Source: Bacillota bacterium
GTDB taxonomy: Bacteria > Bacillota > Dethiobacteria > DTU022
Direction: 5' to 3'
Assembly: GCA_033549065.1 (NCBI GenBank)
Contig: JAWSUE010000012.1
Span: 5,222 to 69,221 of the forward strand
Length of the DNA: 64,000 bases
Shown here: in pieces, positions 29,176-38,017 of the stretch
How positions within the stretch are numbered: the stretch's first letter is position 1
Layout of the letters: every line of letters begins with the position of its first letter
Translations under genes and position numbers: made by a program
Notes under the pieces: model-generated
The model's database searches: none
Seen by the model: the letters and a program-made list of their open reading frames with translations, nothing else
What the model was told of the DNA's origin: nothing

Positions 29176-30316
29176 TCAGTTCAACTGTATCATCGTTGGC
29201 CTGCTTTTTCATTGTTCGGCTAATATAAAATGTAATCATGTAATAAACAGCTAAACCGGCAAGAAATCCAAATGCCATGTTGGTTAAAACTGAAACTAAA
29301 ACAGTTACAGCCAGGACAATCATATTCCAGTTTAACGAAACATCTCTTGAAAATTTAATCAGTTCTATACCAACCATAAACATCATTGCACCGATAATTG
29401 CCATGGGGAATAGTGCAAAAAGGCCGGCGATTGAAGTGGCCAGTAAAATACCCATAGCAATTTCGATCATGCCTTCAATAATATTTGCTCCTCCGGTTCG
29501 GGCTCCGAAGTAATATTGGCCAGCCAAACCACCGGCTCCATGACATAAAGGCATGCCGCCTAAAAAAGGAAATAGAATATTCATTAATCCCATATTCAAA
29601 GATAAACGTCCTTCGCCAACTGACCGGCCAGGAAAGTATGAGTTTATCAAAGATGATGTTGATATCACAGCGTTGGTTGCTGTCAGCGGTATTTGAGCAA
29701 ATCCAGCTAAAAGCATGGTTTCCCAGACTTCAATAGGCTTAAAGAAAGTCATGGAGGGCAGTGAATATTCCAGGCCGCTCAAATCAGTTAAGTCTCCCCT
29801 GAAGTACATGATTGCTATACCTAAAACCACCAGAGTAACAGCTGCCGGCATGTAACGATTATTACGAAGCAGTAGTATAACTATAACCGATATGATGCCG
29901 AGCAACCAAAAATCAGAGACCATTTTTAGCGCTTCAATTGCCAGTAATCCTCCGAGAGCAACCTGAATCCCGCGTATTACAGATTTCGGAGTAAACCGGG
30001 CTATATGCTTCATTAACCCTGTTAGTGCAAAAATAATCCAGACAATTCCCATCCCAAAGCCTGAAGCATAGACCATTGATGGAGTCCAACCCTGGGCTAT
30101 GGCGACAACTGCCAAAACTTTCATCGGTTCGATTGGCATGGGCAATTTATATATCAGCCCTGTAATGATATTGGCCAGACCTATAGTTACCAGTAAACCT
30201 GAAGGGTTTAAACCACATACTACAATATAACCTATGGCGAGAGGTATTAATGTTCCAAAATCTCCCATAGCCCCTGATAGTTCTCTTAAATTAAATTCAT
30301 ATGCTCCGATTTGCAT
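29153..30316 (-). CDS. putative molybdate/tungstate (or sulfate-type) transporter, MOT1/SulP-related membrane protein
   Basis: About 11 TM helices with an N-terminal ELSGAMGDFGTLIPL motif. It is co-directional with and immediately downstream of tupC. Confidence 0.45.
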   Translation of the reverse strand: MQIGAYEFNLRELSGAMGDFGTLIPLAIGYIVVCGLNPSGLLVTIGLANIITGLIYKLPMPIEPMKVLAVVAIAQGWTPSMVYASGFGMGIVWIIFALTGLMKHIARFTPKSVIRGIQVALGGLLAIEALKMVSDFWLLGIISVIVILLLRNNRYMPAAVTLVVLGIAIMYFRGDLTDLSGLEYSLPSMTFFKPIEVWETMLLAGFAQIPLTATNAVISTSSLINSYFPGRSVGEGRLSLNMGLMNILFPFLGGMPLCHGAGGLAGQYYFGARTGGANIIEGMIEIAMGILLATSIAGLFALFPMAIIGAMMFMVGIELIKFSRDVSLNWNMIVLAVTVLVSVLTNMAFGFLAGLAVYYMITFYISRTMKKQANDDTVELKKNKPVE

Positions 30317-30333
30317 GTTGTACCCTTATCAAT

Positions 30334-31119
30334 TTAGTAAATCATACGACCTTCAACGAAAGCTTTTGTTTGTTCTGTTTTCGGAGTTTTAAATATATCT
30401 TCTGTTTTACCTGTTTCTATAATTTTACCCTGATTGATGAATATCACATGATTGGCAATCCTTTTGGCCTGGAAAATATTATGGGTTACCATCATGACAG
30501 TAATTGATTTAGACAAATTTAACTTACAGATTAATTTTTCAATAAGTTCAACATTAATAGGGTCAAGGTTAGCTGTCGCTTCATCCAGTAATAATAGTTC
30601 GGGCTCAAATGCTATAGCCCTGGCAACTGCAACTCTTTGTGCTTCTCCCCCTGATAAAGTGTCGGCTCTTCTTCTGGCCAGTTCTTGTAAACCAACCTGG
30701 TCCAGTAGAGTAGTAACTCGTTCATGAATTTCTTTATGCGGGTAGTTTCTCGCTTTTAATCCATATGACACGTTATTATAAACACTATCTTTGAAGAGTA
30801 AAGTTTTTTGAAAAACCATTGACATTTTACGCTGTATAGTGAGACGATCCTGACCATTTGAAGGCAAGGGGCTGCCTTTATAAAGGATGCTTCCCTGATC
30901 CGGCATGGTGAGCAGGTTGATTATCCGTAGAAGGGTGCTTTTTCCGGCTCCGCTGGGACCAATAATTCCATAAATTTTACCCTTCTGAATTGTGAGATTA
31001 TTAATACTCAATACTTCTTTATCGTATTTTTTTATTATATTGGCTAATTCAAATAAATTATTATCGGGATTAATTGTTTTTGCCCCCCTTCTGAATTGTA
31101 TAGAGTAAAGAATTGACAA
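30334..31119 (-). CDS. tupC: ABC transporter ATP-binding protein (tungstate TupC-like)
   Basis: Walker A GPSGAGKST, signature LSGGEAQRV and Walker B LLLLDE. TTG start. The 50-nt overlap with tupB makes the start uncertain. Confidence 0.75.
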   Translation of the reverse strand: MSILYSIQFRRGAKTINPDNNLFELANIIKKYDKEVLSINNLTIQKGKIYGIIGPSGAGKSTLLRIINLLTMPDQGSILYKGSPLPSNGQDRLTIQRKMSMVFQKTLLFKDSVYNNVSYGLKARNYPHKEIHERVTTLLDQVGLQELARRRADTLSGGEAQRVAVARAIAFEPELLLLDEATANLDPINVELIEKLICKLNLSKSITVMMVTHNIFQAKRIANHVIFINQGKIIETGKTEDIFKTPKTEQTKAFVEGRMIY

Positions 31120-31768
31120 TAAAGGAGAGTAGCAGAAGAATGATACCGAGTCCGATGGCCAGTTCGAAATTCCCTTTGCGTGTTTCCAGGGTTATGGCGG
31201 TTGTCATAACCCTGGTATGACCGGCAATATTACCGCCAACAATCATTACCGCTCCCACTTCGGCCACGATTCTACCAAATCCGGTGATGATTGCTCCAAG
31301 CAAAGCGTACCGAGATTCTTTTATGACGGTCCGAATGGCCATGGAAGAACTGGCCCCGAGGGATCGGGCGACTTCTTCTATTTCACTGCCTTTAGCCCGG
31401 ATGCCGACCATGGTTAAGCCTGTAATGATTGGCGATGATAAAAATACCTGGGCTATGATCATTGCTGCAGGAGTGTAAAGAATTCCAAGTACGCCAAGCG
31501 GTCCCTGTCGGGAAAGAATTAAGTAAATGATCAAACCAGCCACAACCGGAGGCATTCCCATAAAAGTAAATATTACTTTATTCAGTAACCGGGTTTTCTT
31601 CTCAGGTTTTAAACCCAGTATGGCGCCGAGGGGTATACTAATTAATGATGAAATGATAATAGCTGTTCCGGATACCCTGAGCGATAAGAGGACAATCTGC
31701 AGTAATTCAGGATCAAAAGCGATAATTAAACGAAAGGCTTCGATAATACCCTCAAATAAACGTGACAA
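31070..31768 (-). CDS. tupB: ABC transporter permease (tungstate TupB-like)
   Basis: Single-domain ABC type-I permease with a five-TM profile. Confidence 0.8.
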   Translation of the reverse strand: MSRLFEGIIEAFRLIIAFDPELLQIVLLSLRVSGTAIIISSLISIPLGAILGLKPEKKTRLLNKVIFTFMGMPPVVAGLIIYLILSRQGPLGVLGILYTPAAMIIAQVFLSSPIITGLTMVGIRAKGSEIEEVARSLGASSSMAIRTVIKESRYALLGAIITGFGRIVAEVGAVMIVGGNIAGHTRVMTTAITLETRKGNFELAIGLGIILLLLSFIVNSLLYTIQKGGKNN

Positions 31769-31896
31769 AAATACACCTCCGCAAGAATAACTTGATAATG
31801 ATCAACACATTGTTAATTCCAGACAAATAATTTGGATGTAATGCTCAATATCAAGTTATTTCCAAATCTTAAAAAGGGGACATGCTTCAACTGCAC

Positions 31897-32808
31897 TTAT
31901 TCAAGGCCATAACCCGGGAAAAAGAGGGTTTCTCCATTTACCTGGTAAGAATTGATCAGGTTTTGACCTTCATCTGACATCAAGAACTCAATATACATCA
32001 TTGCGTATTCATACTTGGCATGTGAATGCAACTCCGGATTAACAGCCATAACACCATATTGGTTAAAGAGGACCGGGTCGCCTTCCAGCACGATCACCAG
32101 ATCCAGAGTATCTTTCATGGCTACATAGGTGCCGCGGTCAGTCAGGGTATACCCGAGTGATTCATTGGCAACGTTCAGGGTATCACCCATACCTTGCCCG
32201 ATGGATAAATACCAGCTTTCACCGGTTGGATCAATACCTGCGCTATCCCAGAGTCGTAATTCCATTCTGTTAGTTCCCGAATCATCACCTCGTGAAACAA
32301 AGGTGTTACCGCTATCTTCTATTAAATTAAATGCTTCAACAGCAGTGCTCACAGCTTTGATCCCTGCGGGATCATCATCGGGGCCGACAAAAATAAAATC
32401 ATTGTACATAACATCGTAACGGTCAACAAATGCACCTTCGTCGACAAGCCTCAGTTCCGAAACCCGGTCATGAACCAGTAAAACATCTGCATCTCCGCGT
32501 GCTCCCGTTTCCAATGCTGCACCGGTTCCCTGGGAAACGACCTGTACTTCAATACCGGTTTGTTCAGTAAAAATAGGATTCAGAAAATCAAGCAGGCCCG
32601 AGTCGTAGGTGCTTGTGGTGGTTGCCAGGATTATGGTGTCGATGATTTCAACTTCCTCCGGGGTCTCCTCCGGGACTTCTTCCGGTTCTTCTTCGGGTTC
32701 TGCTTCCGGGGTTGTATCCTGGGCACAACCGGCTGTAAACATCAAGAGACCAAATACCAATGAAAATAAAACAAAGAATAGTAGTAATGAATTTTTTCGG
32801 TAAAGCAT
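31897..32808 (-). CDS. tupA: tungstate ABC transporter substrate-binding lipoprotein TupA
   Basis: A lipoprotein signal (LLMFTAGC) and the TupA TTTS anion-binding motif (ILATTTSTYDSGLLD). I prefer the ATG at 32808, which has an AGGAGG SD 7 nt upstream. Confidence 0.8.
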   Translation of the reverse strand: MLYRKNSLLLFFVLFSLVFGLLMFTAGCAQDTTPEAEPEEEPEEVPEETPEEVEIIDTIILATTTSTYDSGLLDFLNPIFTEQTGIEVQVVSQGTGAALETGARGDADVLLVHDRVSELRLVDEGAFVDRYDVMYNDFIFVGPDDDPAGIKAVSTAVEAFNLIEDSGNTFVSRGDDSGTNRMELRLWDSAGIDPTGESWYLSIGQGMGDTLNVANESLGYTLTDRGTYVAMKDTLDLVIVLEGDPVLFNQYGVMAVNPELHSHAKYEYAMMYIEFLMSDEGQNLINSYQVNGETLFFPGYGLE

Positions 32809-32974
32809 GTTTTTTCCTCCTGAATTTGATTTGCTATTACTTTTATTGTAGGACAAGAATTAATTTATATTACCCTTTCACCGGTCTGCAGCGGTTATTT
32901 GTTATACTGCCTCCTTTCCGGGTTGTATATTTTGTAATAAAGGTTGTGAACATGCTCTATCATTCAATGGTCTT

Positions 32975-33007
32975 AAATTAAAAAAGCATTCTCCTCCCGA
33001 AGAATGC
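32975..33007 (-). terminator. intrinsic terminator/expression-platform hairpin downstream of riboswitch-like element A
   Basis: In the minus sense, GCAUUCU-UCGGGAGG-AGAAUGC is followed by UUUUUUAAUUU. It lies between element A and tupA. Confidence 0.5.
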
Positions 33008-33030
33008 GGCCTGACATAAAAGCATGATCA

Positions 33031-33132
33031 AACCTTCTTTCCGCACTGGGAGGCACCGTTGTTTCCAACTGTACCCTAACGTCCACTAGCCATGGTGATC
33101 ATATAAACACTTTAGGCTTGATGGATCGAAGG
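33031..33132 (-). promoter_or_regulatory. structured RNA element A, putative Moco/tungsten-cofactor (Moco RNA motif) riboswitch in the tupABC leader
   Basis: A ~100-nt element closed by a CCUUC/GAAGG helix. It is about 65% identical to element B, shares the UGCCUCCCA...GGAAAGAAGG segment, and is followed by a terminator. Confidence 0.5.
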
Positions 33133-33157
33133 TAAATATTTAGTTATATTCAAAATA

Positions 33158-33361
33158 TTACTTACCCACCATTACCGAACTGGCTTTGATAATTGCATAA
33201 GCCTCATCACCGACTTTTAAGTCCATTGTTTTTGCCGAACCGGTTGTAATGCTGGATACAATATTAATGCCGTTAATTTCAATGGTGACTTCTGTCGAAA
33301 CCGGACCTTCCTTAACCTGAGTAATTTTACCTTTCAATTGATTTCTTGCTGATAGTTTCAT
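33158..33361 (-). CDS. mop: molybdopterin/molybdate-binding Mop (TOBE-domain molbindin)
   Basis: 67 aa with a TOBE domain. An AAGGAGG SD lies upstream. Confidence 0.85.
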   Translation of the reverse strand: MKLSARNQLKGKITQVKEGPVSTEVTIEINGINIVSSITTGSAKTMDLKVGDEAYAIIKASSVMVGK

Positions 33362-33383
33362 TAATTTTTACACCTCCTTCCGT

Positions 33384-33418
33384 ACAAAAAAACCGCATTT
33401 CCCCACTTTGGAAATGCG
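33384..33418 (-). terminator. intrinsic terminator/expression platform between riboswitch-like element B and mop
   Basis: In the minus sense, a 9-bp CGCAUUUCC/GGAAAUGCG stem is followed by GUUUUUUUG, immediately 5' of the mop SD. Confidence 0.6.
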
Positions 33419-33441
33419 ATTATACTCACTAAATATGAGTG

Positions 33442-33542
33442 AACCTTCTTTCCACAATGGGAGGCACAGCCGTTTCCAGCCATACCCTGCCGGCCATTTC
33501 TCGTGGCCTGAGCGAAGCGCTTTAGAGAAAATGGTTCGAAGG
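33442..33542 (-). promoter_or_regulatory. structured RNA element B, putative Moco/tungsten-cofactor riboswitch in the mop leader
   Basis: A paralogous copy of element A with a GGCCA-N7-UGGCC internal hairpin. The genomic context (mop, tupABC, W-type AOR) matches known Moco RNA motif associations. Confidence 0.5.
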
Positions 33543-33639
33543 AACTGCTTATTCGGTTTGCTTACATGTGCATTTTATAACAAAGAGAATTTGCAGTCAA
33601 GTCCTATAGAGGCTATGATAAGAATAATAATTCGAACAG

Positions 33640-34287
33640 GTGATTCTCGCCATGGAAAAACTTAGCTGTTTTTTATGCCATGCCCCGGCCTTATATTTTT
33701 CTACTCACAGGGGTAGAGATTACTTGAAATGCAGTGGTTGCCAATCTGTGATGCTATCACCTGAAAACTATCTTTCACCGGCTGAAGAAAAAGAAAGATA
33801 CGATCAACATAATAATGATGTTTCTGACCCAGGTTACAGGCTTTTTGTCCAACCATTGGTTCGTGCTGTAATCAATAAATATTATCCGGAAGACAGCGGG
33901 CTCGATTACGGCGCAGGTTCAGGACCGGTTGCATCATATCTGCTTAAGGAGAGGGGATATCAAACCCTGTTGTATGATCCTTTCTACTGGCCTGATCATT
34001 CGGTTTTAGAAGCACGATATAATTATATAATCTGTTCGGAAGTGATCGAACATTTTCATTCCCCACAAAATGAATTCAGACTGATGCGTTCACTTCTGTT
34101 GCCCGGGGGTTCGCTATTTTGCATGACCGAACTCTACGACGATGAATTTGAATTTGAAAAGTGGTATTATAAAAATGACCCCACTCATGTATTCTTCTAT
34201 CATCGCGAAGCTTTTCAGTGGATTAAAAAAAGGTTTGGCTTCAGCGAGCTCACAATGAAAAAGAGGTTAATTACCCTTTCGCTTTAA
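33640..34287 (+). CDS. class I SAM-dependent methyltransferase with N-terminal Cys4 zinc-finger
   Basis: A CFLCH...CSGC zinc finger, SAM motif I DYGAGSG, and methyltransferase type-11/12-like motifs. The start could be the GTG at 33640 or the ATG at 33652. Confidence 0.65.
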   Translation: MILAMEKLSCFLCHAPALYFSTHRGRDYLKCSGCQSVMLSPENYLSPAEEKERYDQHNNDVSDPGYRLFVQPLVRAVINKYYPEDSGLDYGAGSGPVASYLLKERGYQTLLYDPFYWPDHSVLEARYNYIICSEVIEHFHSPQNEFRLMRSLLLPGGSLFCMTELYDDEFEFEKWYYKNDPTHVFFYHREAFQWIKKRFGFSELTMKKRLITLSL

Positions 34288-34429
34288 TCATTTGTAAGAT
34301 TATTTTATTCCCGATTCATAAAATCAAAAAATGTATTAAAGGAATTATTTTATTTTTGGGAGAATTATTTTAAATTAATATTCTATCATATACAGCCTCC
34401 CCAAAGTCGTTTGAAGGAGTTGATACAGT

Positions 34430-35851
34430 TTGTCAATACTGCGAGTAATCATCGTTGAGGATTCAGAAGATGATCTGCTATTGATCCTGCGAGCACTTAA
34501 AAAAGGTGGTTTTGAGCCTATCTATAGATGTGTTGAAACAGAAGAAGCTTTGCGTGCAGCCCTGGATGATCCTCAGTGGCAGTTGATCATCTCCGATCAC
34601 GCCATGCCCAGGTTCAGTGCGCCTGGAGCCCTGAAAGTTTTAAAAGAAAGTGGAAGAGATTTGCCTTTTATTATTGTTTCTGGAACGATCGGTGAGGAAA
34701 TTGCTGTAAATGCCATGAAGGGCGGAGCTCATGACTATATTATGAAGAGTAACCTCTCCCGCCTGGTTCCTGCTATTGAACGCGAATTACGTGAAGCCGA
34801 TGTGAGAAATCAGCACCGTCAGTACCAGAAGCAGCTCGAGTACCTTACCCTACACGATCAATTAACCGGTCTATATAATAGGGTATATTTTGAAAATGAG
34901 CTTGCCAAGCTTGATGGGGGTAACGAGTACCCGGTTGCTGTAATTTCCGCAGACCTGGACGGATTGATGCTTATAAATGAAACCTTTGGCCAGAAGGAAG
35001 GCGATATGATTTTGAAAACCTGCGCAAATTTATTGAAAAAACCACTCAGAAAAAGCGACATATTGGCCAGGGTTGGTGGTGATGAATTTATCACTCTGTT
35101 ACTGCGTTCAGATACTAACAGGTGTGAAAAGATTGTTGCCCAGATCACCCATGAAATAAACGAACTCAATAAAGAGCACGGAAGGATACCGATCAGCGTT
35201 TCAATCGGTTGTTCAATCTGTCATGACCAATCCGAAAAACTCGACGACTGCATTAAAGAAGCCATAAGCAAAATGCGTTTTGAAAAACAGAATCGTGCGG
35301 AAAGCGCCCGCAGCCAGGTAGTGAATGCATTATTGGCTGCACTTTCAGAACGGGATTATATCGCAAGCGGGCATGCCGAAAGAATACAGGAGCTATGCAG
35401 GAAAATGGCAGAAGAGGTGGGTTTGGACCAGCAAGCCCAAGCTGCTCTTTCCATGCTTTCCCAGGTACATGATCTAGGGAAAGTGGGAATCCCTGACCAG
35501 ATTTTATTTAAAAAAGGTGGACTGACAGAGGAAGAATGGGAAATTATGCGGCAGCACCCTGAAAAAGGTTACCGGATTGCCCAGTCATCACCCGAATTGG
35601 CTCATATAGCAGATCTGATCCTTCGCCATCACGAAAGATTTGATGGTAGTGGATATCCACTGGGTCTGCAGGGTGAAGAAATTCCGATTGAATGCCGGAT
35701 TCTATCAATTGTAGATTCTTATGATGCTATGACAAATGACCGGCCTTACCGGAAAGCGATGACCAGGGATGAAGCGCTGGCCGAAATCAGACTCTATGCA
35801 GGCAGCCAGTTTGATCCCGTATTGGCCGATATATTTTTAAAAATTGTTTAA
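34430..35851 (+). CDS. response regulator with REC, GGDEF and HD-GYP domains
   Basis: A REC domain (phospho-acceptor context IISDHAMP), a GGDEF domain (RVGGDEF) and an HD-GYP domain (HHERFDGSGYP). Confidence 0.85.
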   Translation: MSILRVIIVEDSEDDLLLILRALKKGGFEPIYRCVETEEALRAALDDPQWQLIISDHAMPRFSAPGALKVLKESGRDLPFIIVSGTIGEEIAVNAMKGGAHDYIMKSNLSRLVPAIERELREADVRNQHRQYQKQLEYLTLHDQLTGLYNRVYFENELAKLDGGNEYPVAVISADLDGLMLINETFGQKEGDMILKTCANLLKKPLRKSDILARVGGDEFITLLLRSDTNRCEKIVAQITHEINELNKEHGRIPISVSIGCSICHDQSEKLDDCIKEAISKMRFEKQNRAESARSQVVNALLAALSERDYIASGHAERIQELCRKMAEEVGLDQQAQAALSMLSQVHDLGKVGIPDQILFKKGGLTEEEWEIMRQHPEKGYRIAQSSPELAHIADLILRHHERFDGSGYPLGLQGEEIPIECRILSIVDSYDAMTNDRPYRKAMTRDEALAEIRLYAGSQFDPVLADIFLKIV

Positions 35852-35931
35852 CAAGAATTACTGGATTCATTTTCTTCCTTGCGTACTGCGATTAACCCCA
35901 TTATCATCTTTAATGAAATGAGCCGGTTATG

Positions 35932-35960
35932 TTGCTTTATGGCATCTTAACTGGTAGAAT
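35932..35960 (+). promoter_or_regulatory. candidate sigma-70 promoter for selC (TTGCTT-N17-TAGAAT)
   Basis: The hexamers and spacing fit the consensus, and the -10 element lies about 38 nt upstream of the mature tRNA 5' end. Confidence 0.4.
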
Positions 35961-35998
35961 ATTTCCTGGAAACTCCTTTTTCAGGGGTTTATATTTAT

Positions 35999-36092
35999 GG
36001 GAGTAGTTAGCGGCCTGGTGGCGTTCCTGGACTTCAAATCCAGTGGCAGGGCAGCCCCCTGCGGTGGGTTCGATTCCCATCTACTCCCGCCA
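35999..36092 (+). tRNA. selC: tRNA-Sec (selenocysteine tRNA), anticodon UCA
   Basis: 94 nt with an 8-bp acceptor stem (GGAGTAGT/ACTACTCC), anticodon loop CUUCAAA, a long variable arm, a GGTTCGATTCC T-arm, discriminator G and an encoded CCA. Confidence 0.85.
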
Positions 36093-36093
36093 A

Positions 36094-36130
36094 ATCTTGA
36101 CGGGGTCAATTATTCAAGATCCGACCCCAT
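36094..36130 (+). terminator. possible terminator hairpins downstream of selC
   Basis: The ATCTTGA...TCAAGAT and GGGGTC...GACCCC inverted repeats are followed by a T-containing tail. Confidence 0.35.
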
Positions 36131-36198
36131 TCTTGCCAATTCACAATTGATATCCCGTGCTTATATTTTATAACTTAAATTTTAAGGGGTTTGATGAT

Positions 36199-36537
36199 AT
36201 GAAGGACAAATTAGTTGTTTTATGGATTTCTCGGGACGAAGAAGCTGCGATTAATATGGCATTTATGTACGCTAGAAATTCAAAATTAAAAGGCTGGTGG
36301 AACGAGGTTGAATTAATAATATGGGGCCCTTCGGCAAAGGTTGCTTCAGAAAATAAGAATATACAGGAAGAACTGAAAGAATTAAAAAATGCAGGAGTTA
36401 ATGTAAGGGCGTGTAAGGCCTGTGCTGATAAGTATCAAGTGAGTGAAAGATTAAGTGCCATGGATATTGAAGTGCTTTATATCGGATCGATTTTAACCGA
36501 TGAATTAAAATCAGGAACAAAGGTTATAACAGTATAA
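36199..36537 (+). CDS. DsrE/DsrF-like family small protein
   Basis: About 112 aa with a DsrE-like fold signature and a conserved Cys. I prefer the ATG at 36199, which follows an AAGGGG SD. Confidence 0.45.
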   Translation: MKDKLVVLWISRDEEAAINMAFMYARNSKLKGWWNEVELIIWGPSAKVASENKNIQEELKELKNAGVNVRACKACADKYQVSERLSAMDIEVLYIGSILTDELKSGTKVITV

Positions 36538-36609
36538 GAGTAACGGGGTCAGGCCTAAAAAGTGATAATTCAAGACCTGACCCCAGCTTACAGTCTTACT
36601 TAAGCCGAA

Positions 36610-37140
36610 ATGAGGTGTATAGTGGAAATGGGTACAAAAGAAGAGGTTCTCGAGGGTTTATATCAAAAAGGCTTCATGTTTGAAAGGAATAATCATGGAT
36701 GTGGGCAGTGTACGGTAGCCGCAATCCAGGAATTTTTTGATGTAGATGATCTGATCTTTAAATCTGCCTCAGCTTATGCCGGTGGGATTGCATCGGTCAC
36801 AAACGGTTATTGCGGAGCTTTTAACGGAGGGGTTTTGATTCTTAACTATTTTTTTGGCAGAGAGAAAAAGGATTTTGAAAACCCTGATGCGATGGATAAG
36901 GCAAAAGAGATTGTTAATATCTACAAAGATCGATTTTTCCAGAAATTTGGCGGCTTCACATGTGGGCAGGTTCAGACTAAAATTATGGGGCGCTCATTCA
37001 ATACCGCAGATCCTGAAGAAAAAGAGCAATTTATCCAGGCGGGGGCATATGATGACAAGTGCACGAATGTTGTAGGAACCGCTGCTTCCATCGTAGGAGA
37101 AATTTTACTTGACAACAATATACCATTGAAAAAAGGGTAA
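36610..37140 (+). CDS. C_GCAxxG_C_C family putative redox protein
   Basis: A CGQCTVAA segment resembles the family's Cys motif. 176 aa; the start is uncertain. Confidence 0.45.
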   Translation: MRCIVEMGTKEEVLEGLYQKGFMFERNNHGCGQCTVAAIQEFFDVDDLIFKSASAYAGGIASVTNGYCGAFNGGVLILNYFFGREKKDFENPDAMDKAKEIVNIYKDRFFQKFGGFTCGQVQTKIMGRSFNTADPEEKEQFIQAGAYDDKCTNVVGTAASIVGEILLDNNIPLKKG

Positions 37141-37209
37141 AAAATTATTCCTGTTATGCTTTTACATTGATGAACAGAAAGGCTTTAATGCAATTATTCT
37201 GTACAGATT

Positions 37210-37250
37210 ACCGGGCTAACCAAAAGTAATTACATTTTGGTTAGCCCGGT
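37210..37250. terminator. bidirectional terminator (17-bp perfect stem ACCGGGCTAACCAAAAG/CTTTTGGTTAGCCCGGT)
   Basis: A long perfect hairpin between the convergent genes at 36610..37140 (plus) and 37276..37548 (minus). Confidence 0.5.
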
Positions 37251-37275
37251 AATTTAGATGACGATACATTTAGAG

Positions 37276-37548
37276 TTATTGCTGAAGAGCAACTTCAAAA
37301 TGTTCCACTTCAACAGGCCATCCGGTTATTTTTTCTACTTCTTTAAATACTTCTTTAGCTGCCGGCAGAGAAGCTTTCAAATCTTCTTTTGATTCCCAGA
37401 GGGTGATGGTCATCAGCTTTTCTTTTTTTTCATCTACTAATACGTAAACGCCCTTCATTTCCTTGAGTTCTTCTTTTTCAACTTCATTAAGGAGTTCGAG
37501 GACCTGTTTCACATGATTTCCCGGTATTTTGCCAACTCGCGCATACAT
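37276..37548 (-). CDS. hypothetical small protein (possible ABM/Dabb-like fold)
   Basis: 90-aa ORF with good coding potential and a terminator downstream. No strong motif. Confidence 0.4.
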   Translation of the reverse strand: MYARVGKIPGNHVKQVLELLNEVEKEELKEMKGVYVLVDEKKEKLMTITLWESKEDLKASLPAAKEVFKEVEKITGWPVEVEHFEVALQQ

Positions 37549-38017
37549 GATTTGGTTCCTACTTTCCTACATGCTTTACTATAGTGTAATATTTGCAAAA
37601 CGAATAGTCAAGTATGTCTATAGATATAGTAGTAATATAATCAAAAGTATATGAAAATTATGGATGATGGTATATTATAATTGTAAAGAGTTAATGAGCT
37701 AGTCCATTTTTACATAAACAGTGAAAAGAGAGCATCCTAATGAAAATGTTAAAAGCCCCATGGTATAGAAGGATATCACCCTGAATTATGATCTATCTAC
37801 TGCTGGGAGCAGTCCTGGGAATTTACAGTTTGATCCGTTACATTATTCATCTGGTAAATTAAATAATAGCGGTTATTAGTAAAAGATGTGTTTATGCTTG
37901 ACAATAGACTACTAAAGTGATAGGCTTAATATCAAACGATGCATGCTCAATTCAGGTGTTTCTATTTTTTATATATAAAGTTAGTAATTACTAACAATTA
38001 GGAGGGTATTACAAGCG

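Noticed and set aside
31070-31119. A 50-nt overlap between tupB and tupC suggesting a mis-called tupC start
   Set aside because: No alternative ATG, GTG or TTG exists between 31119 and the Walker A region that would remove the overlap, so I keep the TTG at 31119 and flag the start as uncertain. It is not evidence of a frameshift.
33408-33665. ORF 33408..33665 (+) across the mop leader
   Set aside because: It overlaps the conserved structured RNA element B and its terminator on the opposite strand, and has no SD or homology. It is explained better as non-coding riboswitch sequence.
37549-38017. Possible TPP or other riboswitch in the 470-bp AT-rich region upstream of the ABC transporter operon
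   Set aside because: I found no CUGAGA/ACCUGA TPP core or other recognisable riboswitch consensus. Only a weak TTGACA-like -35 element near 37899 is present.
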